Virus record (IMG/VR): IMGVR_UViG_3300024059_000003
Span: 1 to 64,000 of that record
From: an uncultured virus (IMG/VR IMGVR_UViG_3300024059_000003)
Taxonomy: Duplodnaviria > Heunggongvirae > Uroviricota > Caudoviricetes
Strand: one strand, 5' to 3'
DNA length: 64,000 nucleotides
Shown here: positions 32,021-42,492 of the stretch, in pieces
How positions within the stretch are numbered: position 1 is the first letter of the stretch
Layout of the letters: each line of letters begins with the position of its first letter
The notes under the pieces: generated by a model
The model's database searches: none
What the model was told of the DNA's origin: nothing
Seen by the model: only the letters and a program-made list of their open reading frames with translations
Program-made: the position numbers and the translations under genes

Positions 32021-35000
32021 TTATATATCACAAGGTCCTATTAATGTTCCTTCTGCACCAGAACTTTCCTTTGTACAGTACTGTTGTGTCGAACCACTAG
32101 GAACTGATAAACTTTGAGGAAGTCCACTACAGTCATCATACCATACTACAATAGGTCCTGTTACTTCCCACTTATAACATGGGTATATTGATGTTGTACT
32201 TGTTGTTGTAGTGAACTCAGTAGTACTTGTTGTACTAGTAGTTATTCCACCAGCCGGACTTATACAAGATTGTTGCTGGGTTATGTTTGTGATACTATAT
32301 GCATCCCAAATCTTATCATCTCCTGACTCATTTGTGGCAGGACCAATATATATAATATCAAATGGAGACAGAGTAGTTAATTGAAACATTGCTTGATTAA
32401 CTGTGTTTCCATCACTAATAATTATAACATCACAATTACATTCATAGATTGCTCTAACAGGACCGACAAACTCAGAAGATGTAATAGTTATATCTACTTC
32501 TGGAGGTATAACTGCATTATCATAATCCCATTGGAAATAGTGGAATGTTCCTGCTCCATCATCTCCTATTGTTATTAGTTTTCCAGATGTAGTATAAAGT
32601 AAATTAGTTGTAAATATATAACCAAGAGGTAAAGCAAACTTAACTGTTGTTGCTCCTGTTGTTGTATCTATCTCTACTACATTACCTAAAGATGTCTCTA
32701 ATGCAATTAGTGTATTATCATCTTTGACTACTACTCCAGCAGTTGTAGCAAATCCAGATACAGTCACGTCAGGTTCTGGTTCTGCATCCCAGTTCGTTGT
32801 ATTTATATTCCACTTCTTAAATACAGATCCATCCCATGCATACAATGTATTTGGTCCAACGGCCAACTTACCAGAACTGTATCCAGGAATGTACAGGGTT
32901 TTCCAATAGTTCTCTCCTTCTTGTGTTCCTTGATTTTGATTTGAGACTAATGCATTCCCTAAATCATCGTTGTATATAAAACCACAACACTCGTCCAATG
33001 TTCCGGTAAATGCTGTTGTTGTAGTTGTTAATGTTGAACAATCACAATCTTGTTCTTCAAGAATTGAACCAGCGTTTACATAATATGCTGTACTATATCC
33101 ATCAGATGCTCTCGTATACCACCCATCAGAAACAAATGTACAATCACCATCAGTTCCCATATACGTAATTGTAGTTATTCCAAATTCAGTATCACTACTT
33201 TGTGTATACTGGAAAGGAAAATCTATGGCACCTATTTCACTAGAAGGATCAGGTTGACCATCAAAATCAACCAGTGCAGCATTTTTTAAACTTGCTGCTA
33301 CAGCACATGCATTTGCAGAACTATCTTTTCCTAATATAGGTGATCCACCTTTAATCATATAACCCTCAGTAAATAGATCTGTACCTAACCCATCAGGTCT
33401 GTTACATATTGTTGTAGTAGTAGGACTAGGAACAGTAATATATCCTACACCATCTATGTTACAATTTATTTCTTCTAATATTGATATATCAAGATCACAA
33501 TCAGGAACATATCCTGTAGTAGTTGTAGTAGTAAATAAAGGATCAGATGAAGTTGTGGTAGTAGTTGTTATAAGTTCTTCAGGTTCTACCTCTCCAAACC
33601 ATCCCTCCAGCTGTGGAGTCTCTTCCCCTATTTCAGATCTATCAGGAGTTTCTAACACTGCTGTAAATTGTGTACAACAGTTATTTATACCAGAATAGTA
33701 AAAGTTGTTTTCACCAATGTAGAAATTAGGTAGATAGGAATGAAAAGATATCCAACTTCTAGTACTAAAGTCAAAAGACATAGTCCAAGATTTGTTACAG
33801 AAATACTCTCTATCAAATAAGTATACTTCTTGTTCTTGTTCTGTTTCTCCTACCGTTACATAAAACTTCTTATTTACAGAATCATACTTTACATCATCGT
33901 TAATAGGAATATAGTCTAACTTAGTAATAATTACTCTATCAAACCTATTATCATATACACCGTGTAATCCAATGCCATTAAAATGATTGTCTGTATAAAC
34001 ATCTGGGAAGTATTCTAGAATCTCAAAAGGTAAATGACTTGTCATAAATCTATTTACACCTGATCCAAACTTAGTCATGTCTATAACTTTTGACCCAGCC
34101 ATTAAGAATATCTGACCTCTTTTTGCATCTGCAGTAACTGCTCCGTATGGAACTTTTAGTAAGAACTTATTTTGAGAACCTACATATCCCAAATCTGTCT
34201 CTGCAAAATCTATAGGAGGTGCTCCATCAAACAATCTAGGATTACCTATATATGCTGCTTGAGGATTACTGGTATCAATAGTTAGTAACTTGTTATATAG
34301 TAAAGCTTTATTTTCAAACCTTGCCAATACAGCCTTATCCATCATTCCATCTAGAGATGTTAGATTACCGTAGTTTTGTGGGAAGTCATGGTAAGAAAGA
34401 GCTCTATATACTAACCAGTTGTTTACTCTATTATCCGCACTGTCCCCTTGTGTATCTGAATAAATTGCTCTGAATGGAAAGAATGTATAACATTCAGCTA
34501 TCCAATCTGGAGGCAGTTGACTAAATACATTTTCTTTGTTCTGTTTAGAGAATGTTACATTATAGTAATACGTATTATCTTGAGCAATTGGTACATTTGT
34601 TTCTTGTAACCAGTCATCAGGAATACCTGAACTTACATGAGGCCAGAAGTCTCCTTCTTTTGTATTAAATGCTTGCCTTAAGTCTGTATTATATACACTC
34701 TCACAATAGAAATTAGGAATACCATATGCCCATAGATACATATATCCATTATAAAATGATCTGTAAGTTCCTGCTATGGGGTTGTCTGAACCTGAAGTGT
34801 AAACAGAAGGATCACTAGGACAGTCTAAATTGTGAGCCTTAGTAGAGATAAGGTTGAACATGTTTTGAGGAGCATTATTACCTGAAGTTACTTGATAATT
34901 ATCTAATATAGATCTTGCCGAATGCCAGTATTTAGGATAAGCAACATTACCTAACTCATCAAAGAATATATCTGAATCATCTGGTGCTTCCACTCTATTA

Positions 35001-38000
35001 TCTATAAAGAATGGTAGTTTGGTTTTAAAAGCAAATCTAGATATAAATATGTCTCCACCAAATATTGTATCTGTTCCTGAAGCTGTAACAAGTTTTTGAT
35101 AACCAGTGTCAATTCTTTGAAATGAGTTTAACTGACCCCATTGATTAGGAATAATATTCTTCATAGAAGCATAGTAGGAAACAACTTTTGTACCTTGCTC
35201 TTTTTCAGGAGTATCACATGCTCCAGACTCTCCTATGTTAAACCTTGAATATTCTATTATACTTGGTTCACCGTCTGTACCTATTAAACTATTTGTATTT
35301 TGTGGTAGAGGTAATGCTAATATATTATCATCAATCTTAGTATCAATAAATACAGAAGATTCTCTGTTCCAGTTATTTATAGGCGACTGGTTATTATTAA
35401 AAGATTGTACACCTGGTATAAGGTATCTTGTAAGTTCTATTTCTCTTTGTTTGATACCACCTTTCGTATTATTGTTGATAGGAAAATGATAATCATAGTT
35501 TGCTCTTGAGTTGAAAGACATTGCATAATTCCTTCTTGTAATACCATTTATATATATAGTAAGATAGGATTGGTATACTGTAAACATTATACCAGCATTA
35601 AATCCTGAACCCATAGAAGCCACTCTCTCAGCACTGTTTAACGCATCTTCTTGAGCTTCTTTACTTAGAAGTTTGTACTTAGCATTGTCTTTAACTTCTA
35701 CAAAGTGAGCCTTTCCTGCTCCAAACATTACACTTTCTAACTTAAGTACGCTACCTAGAAAAGGTTGACCAAATGACGTATCAGGAGAGTTGAATATTTG
35801 TTTAGATAAAATATCTTTTACTTCTTCATAGTCTGAATCATCTAATGGAGTAATAGGAATATCTCTGTTACATCTTAAACAAGATCTTCTGCTCCATCTA
35901 CTGTCAGTACCATTCAAGTCGCCACCACCATTGTTATTAATATTTGTAGCAGGAGTAAAAGTATTTTTTGAATTTGTAGGTGGAGGAAAGTTTGTAATAC
36001 TATCAATCGATGGTAGAGGATTTGTAGGTTGCCCAAAAGCAGGGGCTGGCCAAGGTGTAAGTTCTTCTGGGTTTTCTGTTTTTATACATGAGTCACAAGC
36101 TGTACCAGCACTATCAGTTTGACAAGGATAATTAGGATCAAAACTCCCAGGAGGATATTCGATTATTGGATCACTATAATTAAACTCATCAGTTGAATCT
36201 GGTAACGGTTCTCCAAAACAATTACCTGCTCTTATTGCATTTAAATCAATTCTAGGTTTCTCACAACAACCTCCTGTATCTGTAATGCCTGGTTTATTAA
36301 TATGACCACTTCCACTTATAGTGGTAGTTCCGCCTATTGGAGGACTAAGTTCTGGATCAATATTAGTAATAACAGTACAAGTTTCTCTACCAAACCAACC
36401 AGTGGCATTAAGAAACCTTTTGTTGTAAACTGTTCCGTCAAAATTAAAATTATTAAATGGATTTTGCCATTCGATTGCCCACCCAGACAATATACCAAAG
36501 AGCCCCCTTCCATGATCCCCTCGCCACACATCAAAGTCTGCTGGTCCTATAGTCATTACTCCCTTTAGTGCAACTGGTCTAGTAAGAGAACACACTTCTA
36601 CAATACAATTAGGCTGGATTTTTCTTTGTGTTGGTCTACCGTTGTCAATACTTACATACTGAAACACACCTTCATCTTCCTGTACAGAAATCTCTATGTT
36701 AAACCCTGGAAAGATTTGTCTTGTATCTTGATCTGAATAATATATTAACCATGGTTTAGAATCAATATTCCAAGCATTGTTGTTTTCCTGTAAAAAAGAG
36801 TCTTCTCCAGATACTTGATTATATGGATAGTTAGGATAGTAGTACTCTTGATCTTGTCTAGAATATTTACCTACATTTCTAAGAATACCTTTTGCTATTA
36901 CTGATTTGTTTGTACCACGGTCCCCTCTTACTATTTTAAATGCTACAATATCATCTTTCTGTTCTTGAGTAAGCTTAGAAGCTGCTATTAGTCCTGTTAT
37001 TTGAGTATTGTTAATCTTAACTCCTATAGGATAGATAGCATCAGAGTCTTGCATCGTGGGTACAATACTAGTACCTTCATAAACAATCTGTGGATTTTCT
37101 ACAATAGCACTTACTAATACATCTGGAAACTTATGATGTCGTATAGGTGTATCTGCAAGGCTTCCCCACAACTCAGTATTACATGGATACTTTTCAGTAG
37201 ATTCCCAGTATGCAAAGTTTCCGTATTCAAAAGGTCCTTTATAATTAGCATCTCCATTATACTCAGGTGAAAATCCTAAGTTTGTAGCATTGTTATATAT
37301 CTTCCAATAAGGACTATAACCAATACCACTTTCAAAGTAATCAGGTTCTCCAATAAAGTCATCATTGGTATTAGCAACATCCGGTTGAGGGTTTAGATTA
37401 AGTGGGCCTGGTATGTGAAATGAGTCTGTCTGTTTTCCATTTCTTAAAAGAAATACTATTTCAAATGCATACACTTCATCACGCATGTATCCACGATAAT
37501 TAGTAGCATTCAATTCATCACTATAGTCTTCTCCAGGTGGGAGTCTATGTGTTTCCCATTGTAATGTTATTTGACTAGCAATATTCTGATAATTAATTCT
37601 ATCTACAGAAGCTAAGTCACTCCATATCAGTGTGTCTTGTGCAGAAGTTATATCCTTGGCTACATCATAATATGGATACTTCTCAAAAATATCTGCAATA
37701 GATAATTGTATAGGATTTGCATCTGCACCAGTATATGTAATTATCTGTTGATCTTCAGTAATGTTATATGTACCTACTAACTCTACAGAGGTTATATCAT
37801 TAATAGTTTTTATTACTGCTAAATTGAAGTAGTTATATTGTCCTGATAAGTCCAGGTTTGATACTCTTACTTCTATTGATTTACCTACTGGATAGTTAAA
37901 GTTTACTGTTGTGTTTAACGGATCAGCAATAGGTGTAGGGTTAGTAACTGAATAGTAAGAAGTAAGATCGCTACCAGCTGCATCTGAATACTGTACAGCA

Positions 38001-38683
38001 AATTGATATGTTCCAGCAACCAGTGAGCCTACGTTTAGTATATCGTTTACTTCTAAAAAAGGTATGTCGAAATTAGGTTGTATCTTAAGTTGATTACAAT
38101 CCAATTGATCAGTATATACAGGATCACATCCAGGGTCTGAGTTAGGATCAATAACATATGGAATGTTATCTATATCTAAATATCTCCTAGCATTAAATCC
38201 ATCTGTCCAGTATATCTCTGTACTGCAATTTGTTATTCTATGCACTACTTTATGTATAGGATAATCTATACTAAAGTTTAAACAAGGAGCATTTACTAAT
38301 GTTTGATATTGACAATCATTATTAAACATGAAGCCAATTTCACTATCACCAGTTAAAGGGTTTGTTAGAAAGAATATGTTTTTCTTTTTCTCTGGAATTG
38401 TATATTTTCCAATGAGTTCGTACCCATCAGGAAAACTTAAACAAGGCTCATTACCAGGTTCATTTTGATAGTTGACTGAACTAGAATCAAAGTTCTCTAT
38501 AGTAGCATTCAATGCATAGGTAAGACTTCCTGTCTTTACTTGATTGATAGTGCTATCCATGTTAAGACCAGTAGTAGCTTGATTATATTCAAGTCTAACT
38601 TGGCCTTTCTGAGCTTTGTCATCTTTTTGAGCAGCAGCAGCTTTTTTAGCTTTTGCGTCTTCCATTTCTTTTCTAGTAGCCAT
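32021..38683 (-). CDS. Muzzle / tail stabilisation protein (P22 gp10-like role) with ~550-aa Thr-linked C-terminal extension (2220 aa)
   Basis: GLNMD..ALNA, YWTDG, GTYQFAVQY, GYMRDEVYAF, GGDIFISRF and SWTMSF..WISFHSY motifs; follows the tail-tube gene. Confidence 0.78.
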   Translation of the reverse strand: MATRKEMEDAKAKKAAAAQKDDKAQKGQVRLEYNQATTGLNMDSTINQVKTGSLTYALNATIENFDSSSVNYQNEPGNEPCLSFPDGYELIGKYTIPEKKKNIFFLTNPLTGDSEIGFMFNNDCQYQTLVNAPCLNFSIDYPIHKVVHRITNCSTEIYWTDGFNARRYLDIDNIPYVIDPNSDPGCDPVYTDQLDCNQLKIQPNFDIPFLEVNDILNVGSLVAGTYQFAVQYSDAAGSDLTSYYSVTNPTPIADPLNTTVNFNYPVGKSIEVRVSNLDLSGQYNYFNLAVIKTINDITSVELVGTYNITEDQQIITYTGADANPIQLSIADIFEKYPYYDVAKDITSAQDTLIWSDLASVDRINYQNIASQITLQWETHRLPPGEDYSDELNATNYRGYMRDEVYAFEIVFLLRNGKQTDSFHIPGPLNLNPQPDVANTNDDFIGEPDYFESGIGYSPYWKIYNNATNLGFSPEYNGDANYKGPFEYGNFAYWESTEKYPCNTELWGSLADTPIRHHKFPDVLVSAIVENPQIVYEGTSIVPTMQDSDAIYPIGVKINNTQITGLIAASKLTQEQKDDIVAFKIVRGDRGTNKSVIAKGILRNVGKYSRQDQEYYYPNYPYNQVSGEDSFLQENNNAWNIDSKPWLIYYSDQDTRQIFPGFNIEISVQEDEGVFQYVSIDNGRPTQRKIQPNCIVEVCSLTRPVALKGVMTIGPADFDVWRGDHGRGLFGILSGWAIEWQNPFNNFNFDGTVYNKRFLNATGWFGRETCTVITNIDPELSPPIGGTTTISGSGHINKPGITDTGGCCEKPRIDLNAIRAGNCFGEPLPDSTDEFNYSDPIIEYPPGSFDPNYPCQTDSAGTACDSCIKTENPEELTPWPAPAFGQPTNPLPSIDSITNFPPPTNSKNTFTPATNINNNGGGDLNGTDSRWSRRSCLRCNRDIPITPLDDSDYEEVKDILSKQIFNSPDTSFGQPFLGSVLKLESVMFGAGKAHFVEVKDNAKYKLLSKEAQEDALNSAERVASMGSGFNAGIMFTVYQSYLTIYINGITRRNYAMSFNSRANYDYHFPINNNTKGGIKQREIELTRYLIPGVQSFNNNQSPINNWNRESSVFIDTKIDDNILALPLPQNTNSLIGTDGEPSIIEYSRFNIGESGACDTPEKEQGTKVVSYYASMKNIIPNQWGQLNSFQRIDTGYQKLVTASGTDTIFGGDIFISRFAFKTKLPFFIDNRVEAPDDSDIFFDELGNVAYPKYWHSARSILDNYQVTSGNNAPQNMFNLISTKAHNLDCPSDPSVYTSGSDNPIAGTYRSFYNGYMYLWAYGIPNFYCESVYNTDLRQAFNTKEGDFWPHVSSGIPDDWLQETNVPIAQDNTYYYNVTFSKQNKENVFSQLPPDWIAECYTFFPFRAIYSDTQGDSADNRVNNWLVYRALSYHDFPQNYGNLTSLDGMMDKAVLARFENKALLYNKLLTIDTSNPQAAYIGNPRLFDGAPPIDFAETDLGYVGSQNKFLLKVPYGAVTADAKRGQIFLMAGSKVIDMTKFGSGVNRFMTSHLPFEILEYFPDVYTDNHFNGIGLHGVYDNRFDRVIITKLDYIPINDDVKYDSVNKKFYVTVGETEQEQEVYLFDREYFCNKSWTMSFDFSTRSWISFHSYLPNFYIGENNFYYSGINNCCTQFTAVLETPDRSEIGEETPQLEGWFGEVEPEELITTTTTTSSDPLFTTTTTTGYVPDCDLDISILEEINCNIDGVGYITVPSPTTTTICNRPDGLGTDLFTEGYMIKGGSPILGKDSSANACAVAASLKNAALVDFDGQPDPSSEIGAIDFPFQYTQSSDTEFGITTITYMGTDGDCTFVSDGWYTRASDGYSTAYYVNAGSILEEQDCDCSTLTTTTTAFTGTLDECCGFIYNDDLGNALVSNQNQGTQEGENYWKTLYIPGYSSGKLAVGPNTLYAWDGSVFKKWNINTTNWDAEPEPDVTVSGFATTAGVVVKDDNTLIALETSLGNVVEIDTTTGATTVKFALPLGYIFTTNLLYTTSGKLITIGDDGAGTFHYFQWDYDNAVIPPEVDITITSSEFVGPVRAIYECNCDVIIISDGNTVNQAMFQLTTLSPFDIIYIGPATNESGDDKIWDAYSITNITQQQSCISPAGGITTSTTSTTEFTTTTSTTSIYPCYKWEVTGPIVVWYDDCSGLPQSLSVPSGSTQQYCTKESSGAEGTLIGPCDI

Positions 38684-38693
38684 ATGCTATTTG

Positions 38694-39710
38694 TTAACTC
38701 CTACCGTTACCTTTCCACAAACCATATCCATATCTGTTTGAATATCTTCCTGAAACTTGAGATTTTGCATCAGGTAATTCATACATATTATTACGATTGA
38801 GATCAGTAATAACTCTTCTTTGTTTTTGATATACTGTTTCTTTCTTAAGTTCTGTTTCTGCCATAATCCAAGACTCATCAGACATTTGTTTATAATAAAC
38901 TAGTTTTTGTTGTAGTTGATTAAATGTTTCATCATTCGTCTGATTTGTTAGAGTTTCAAATACCTTAAACTTAATAAACGATTCTATATATTCTCTTACA
39001 CGATAATTATCTGGAATCAATTGATTTCCTATCTTGTCATAGTCTGTAGAATAGAATACTAAATGAACTACTCCTTTTCTAAAGTTAGTAACAAACTTAT
39101 TGTCTCTTACATCAAAAGAATCGTAAGAAGAAGATCCTGGAGTGAACTCACGTCCTGATAAAGCTAACTGATTGTATTGGTCCCAAGAATCTGTATATGC
39201 TAAATTACAACTCTTTCTAGCTGAGATGTTACCTGGTTTAAGTAGGTATGTTCTTCTATATGCTCTAGGTATTTCACTGTTTGTTTTATATACAGCTTGT
39301 ACTATCTCAGGCATACATGTCCCATCGCAACTAGGATGTTGACAATCAGGATTATTACAGGGAGTACCACCAATAGTTAAAGGAGCAATTTGAATAGTTG
39401 TAGCATTTGCAGCCTGACTATAAAAAGAAGATGCTGCAGGATAAGGGTTTCCTGGAATAACTGCACACATCCAAGCTTCTCTCACAGCATGAAAGTTGTC
39501 TGGTAACCTTGCTTCAAAGTCTTCTATAAATAGAGCCTCTGTAGTAATCTTATATGTTGTTCTTCCCATTTTCCTAAGACACTTATCTAAGTATGTAGGA
39601 AATAGTAAATCATCTACAGCACCAGTATCGAAGTAACTTTTAAGCTCTTCTTTTACTGTAGCGTATAGTGGTTCTGGGGATACAAAATCGTATTTATAAT
39701 AGTATGACAT
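38694..39710 (-). CDS. Tail tubular / ring protein (P22 gp4-like role, 338 aa)
   Basis: Position between IHF-like and muzzle genes; ARLPDNF and G..LIPDN..EYIE..IK.K motifs typical of crAss-like ring proteins. Confidence 0.65.
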   Translation of the reverse strand: MSYYYKYDFVSPEPLYATVKEELKSYFDTGAVDDLLFPTYLDKCLRKMGRTTYKITTEALFIEDFEARLPDNFHAVREAWMCAVIPGNPYPAASSFYSQAANATTIQIAPLTIGGTPCNNPDCQHPSCDGTCMPEIVQAVYKTNSEIPRAYRRTYLLKPGNISARKSCNLAYTDSWDQYNQLALSGREFTPGSSSYDSFDVRDNKFVTNFRKGVVHLVFYSTDYDKIGNQLIPDNYRVREYIESFIKFKVFETLTNQTNDETFNQLQQKLVYYKQMSDESWIMAETELKKETVYQKQRRVITDLNRNNMYELPDAKSQVSGRYSNRYGYGLWKGNGRS

Positions 39711-39713
39711 AAC

Positions 39714-40193
39714 TTATTTTTTCCATTCGTGATAGGTCTGTTGATATTTAGGATCTGCTTTTATATAATGAGAAAGGTCTCTGGAAGTTCTTCTAGATGG
39801 TTTAAAATACCATAAGTCTGAGTTTCTAAATCTTGCTGTAGATTTAAACCACATCCAACCAAAAAAATAACCTTCTGTATGATAGTTAAAGTTATATACA
39901 ACTTTTCCTTTCTTTCGTGTCTTCTGCCAATCAATAGGAAGATTTACAAACTCCTTTCCATTGATGTCTTTAGTTTTTCTTCTTTTCTTCTTATTAATTG
40001 AAAACTCTCCAAAACCAGTTGGAAGCTTTTCTTTCTCTCCTGTTTCTAAAATATAGTGTTTGAATGACTCATTGAAACCATACAGGATATTTCTCCACTC
40101 ATCAAAAGTTAGAGATATTAAAGGGTGCTTCTTACAGAAGTCCTCGTAATTCTTTTTACTTGCACTTCGCCAGTCAACTGCTACTCTTGACAT
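39714..40193 (-). CDS. Basic IHF/HU-like DNA-binding protein
   Basis: KLPTGFGEFSINKKKRRK resembles the HU/IHF GFGxF arm; probable start MSRVAV at 40193 avoids overlap with the upstream gene; conserved position in crAss-like tail modules. Confidence 0.65.
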   Translation of the reverse strand: MSRVAVDWRSASKKNYEDFCKKHPLISLTFDEWRNILYGFNESFKHYILETGEKEKLPTGFGEFSINKKKRRKTKDINGKEFVNLPIDWQKTRKKGKVVYNFNYHTEGYFFGWMWFKSTARFRNSDLWYFKPSRRTSRDLSHYIKADPKYQQTYHEWKK

Positions 40194-40203
40194 ATATAAT
40201 TTA

Positions 40204-40932
40204 TTACTGAGTTGGTTGGGCATTTGGAGCTTGTCCATCTATGCCTTCGTTACTCATGTCGGTTTTAATTTGGAAATATGTAGCTAAGAGTTTTTGTGAT
40301 ACTAATCCTAAAGCTGAAGACTCTAAATAACCTGGTAGAGCATACTCTTTATCCAAAGGGTTTTTACAATATTCTTCATCTGTAACATCCACACCACCAC
40401 AATCACAATCTGGATACATAATTTCACTAGGTACATCTTCTTCAAAAAATGCAGATAGTCTGATTGCTTTTAGTAAAGGATTGTTTACATATAAGTATCC
40501 ATTAGATATCCAGAAGTAATAATCATTTTTTACTATTGGTAGTTTCAATAAATTCAAATATCTATTTATAGTTATCTCCTTTAATTTAGTTCCTCTTCCT
40601 CCCATAGCATCTACAGAATATACACCCTGTATTACATATTGGTAGTTACCTTCCGATATTCTAGGTAGTTTATGTGCAGTTCTGGATACATTACACTCGT
40701 CTGCATACTCACAACATTCTGAGATGGGAACTTCTTTCATCTCTAGACAAGGAATAGTGGTATATAATGTATCACTAGCCCATAGTTTTCTTAAATTGGT
40801 TTCTCTTTTTATCAACATTTGAGATGTGTTTCTTATCTCAGAAGCAATAACTCTATCTGTTATCAAAGCATCTGTTGATAAAATCTTATGTGTACCTCTC
40901 ACATCCGAAACCAATTTTCTTAATGTTGCCAT
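40204..40932 (-). CDS. Putative tail ring protein (242 aa)
   Basis: Size, synteny and motifs (TIPCLEM, NGYLYV, D.EYALP). Confidence 0.55.
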   Translation of the reverse strand: MATLRKLVSDVRGTHKILSTDALITDRVIASEIRNTSQMLIKRETNLRKLWASDTLYTTIPCLEMKEVPISECCEYADECNVSRTAHKLPRISEGNYQYVIQGVYSVDAMGGRGTKLKEITINRYLNLLKLPIVKNDYYFWISNGYLYVNNPLLKAIRLSAFFEEDVPSEIMYPDCDCGGVDVTDEEYCKNPLDKEYALPGYLESSALGLVSQKLLATYFQIKTDMSNEGIDGQAPNAQPTQ

Positions 40933-40936
40933 TGTT

Positions 40937-41077
40937 TTATTTTTTATAATTACCGAAGCCTTTTATTCCTCCCTCTTGGTCAGCCTCTCTCATATAATTC
41001 TTTTTCATATTATAAGGACGCACCTTGGGAGCTTTTACATTCTTGCCTGGTGTAGGCTTTCCATACTTTGTTGCCAT
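40937..41077 (-). CDS. Small basic protein, 46 aa (MATKYGKPTPGKNVKAPKVRP...)
   Basis: ATG-TAA ORF that almost exactly fills the gap between two co-oriented genes; below the ORF-track cutoff. Confidence 0.6.
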   Translation of the reverse strand: MATKYGKPTPGKNVKAPKVRPYNMKKNYMREADQEGGIKGFGNYKK

Positions 41078-41079
41078 AA

Positions 41080-42321
41080 TTATATTCTTTCTTCAAATTC
41101 AGCAACCTTGCCAACTTTACTATCGTAAACTAAAGCTAAGGCAGCTCGTACACTATGTACAAAATTATTATCTTTATGCCACCTATCTGTTCCAGATAAA
41201 CTAGGCATTTGTTGTATCCTAACTCCTTTTATCTCTTTGGCCATATAGTGATGTTTATCACCTGTATGAACTTCTCTATATGTAGCATCACCAAACCACT
41301 TACTATATTTTGGATGCGTTGCAAACAATAATGGTAATGCATCAATTTTACAATTACCATGATGGAAGCCAATAAACGTATTACCTACTACAGTAGCTTT
41401 TACTAAACCTTCTTCTCTTACAAAAGATATATTCTTATCTTCCTTAAAATATATGTCTAACGCATGGGCTAAGTAATATGATTTAGTTCTATCGTGATTA
41501 CCTTGTACTAAAATAACCTCAACATGTTTAGAATTAGTCTTTAACATTTTAATAGTATCTACTAAAAGATCAAATCCCATCTCGTACTCTGACGCATAAT
41601 CTAATATTATATCTTGAGGAGTACCATTAGTTGTAGTGTTCTGATAATTATCTGTATGAAAGAAATCATTAGATATAGGAAACACTACTTTATTTATATT
41701 GTAAATAGATCTAACTTTATGAGTTAAAGCTTCTGCTATTTTTACAAATCTATTAGCCCTAGTTTGTGGATCATTATCTCCATCAACATATCTTTTAGCT
41801 AAGTGGTAATCTGATAAAGATAACTCAATATCTACCAGAGGTTTCAGCTCCATCTGAGGAGCAGGAATAGGAATGTAGTTTGACTTATAATTCTCTAGGA
41901 ACTTGCTGAAGTCATCAGCTGTATAATCTTTTGGACCTTTTCTTTTAGAAAAGATTGAAGATGTAAACTTCCCAGTGGGAAGAACTTTAGACCAATAGTT
42001 AGTAATTATATACTTTTCTAGATCTATCTTGTGTAATTGTGCTAACTCTATATCACTTTTTGGTTCGAAGTCTAGAGTTATTGTACTTTCAATTGTGCCC
42101 TGTTCATTGCTAACTTTTCTTACTGCTTCCTCAAGCTGTTTACTGTTTGTTGCCCCATCTAGAAATTTATTACTGTCGTCATATTTCTTTCCTTTTAGTT
42201 CCTTTTTCAGCTCTTTTACTTCATTAACTGTAACGTTTAGCTTTTCTGCATACCACTCTTCACTTCTTTTTCTTGTTAACAACTCTTTAAGTTGATTAAG
42301 AAGACTCTGATTCTCAGACAT
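41080..42321 (-). CDS. Calcineurin-like metallophosphoesterase with N-terminal HTH-like segment (413 aa)
   Basis: SDYH, NDFFH, GNHD, HHG and GDKHH metal-binding motifs in canonical order. Confidence 0.85.
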   Translation of the reverse strand: MSENQSLLNQLKELLTRKRSEEWYAEKLNVTVNEVKELKKELKGKKYDDSNKFLDGATNSKQLEEAVRKVSNEQGTIESTITLDFEPKSDIELAQLHKIDLEKYIITNYWSKVLPTGKFTSSIFSKRKGPKDYTADDFSKFLENYKSNYIPIPAPQMELKPLVDIELSLSDYHLAKRYVDGDNDPQTRANRFVKIAEALTHKVRSIYNINKVVFPISNDFFHTDNYQNTTTNGTPQDIILDYASEYEMGFDLLVDTIKMLKTNSKHVEVILVQGNHDRTKSYYLAHALDIYFKEDKNISFVREEGLVKATVVGNTFIGFHHGNCKIDALPLLFATHPKYSKWFGDATYREVHTGDKHHYMAKEIKGVRIQQMPSLSGTDRWHKDNNFVHSVRAALALVYDSKVGKVAEFEERI

Positions 42322-42349
42322 ATGTATCGTATTTAATTAGAAAATATCT

Positions 42350-42424
42350 CAAAGATAGATAAATTATTTAACTTAACATAAAAAACTTAACCATGAGAGT
42401 TATTCTTTATAACTAATTTGGTTA
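42350..42424 (-). promoter_or_regulatory. Bacteroidota-type -7 promoter (TATCTTTG) with upstream conserved box
   Basis: TATCTTTG at 42357-42350; TAACCAAATTAGTTATAAAGAATAAC ends 41 nt upstream. Confidence 0.65.
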
Positions 42425-42429
42425 TATAT

Positions 42430-42491
42430 AAAACTCCCTAGGGGCGTTTTGCCCCTGGGAGAAGTTCTCTAAAACCAACAAAAGAGAACTT
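42430..42491 (-). terminator. Double hairpin ending in a probable intrinsic terminator
   Basis: AAGTTCTCT-N12-AGAGAACTT followed by CTCCCAGGGGC-AAAAC-GCCCCTAGGGAG-TTTT directly after the stop at 42493. Confidence 0.7.
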
Positions 42492-42492
42492 T

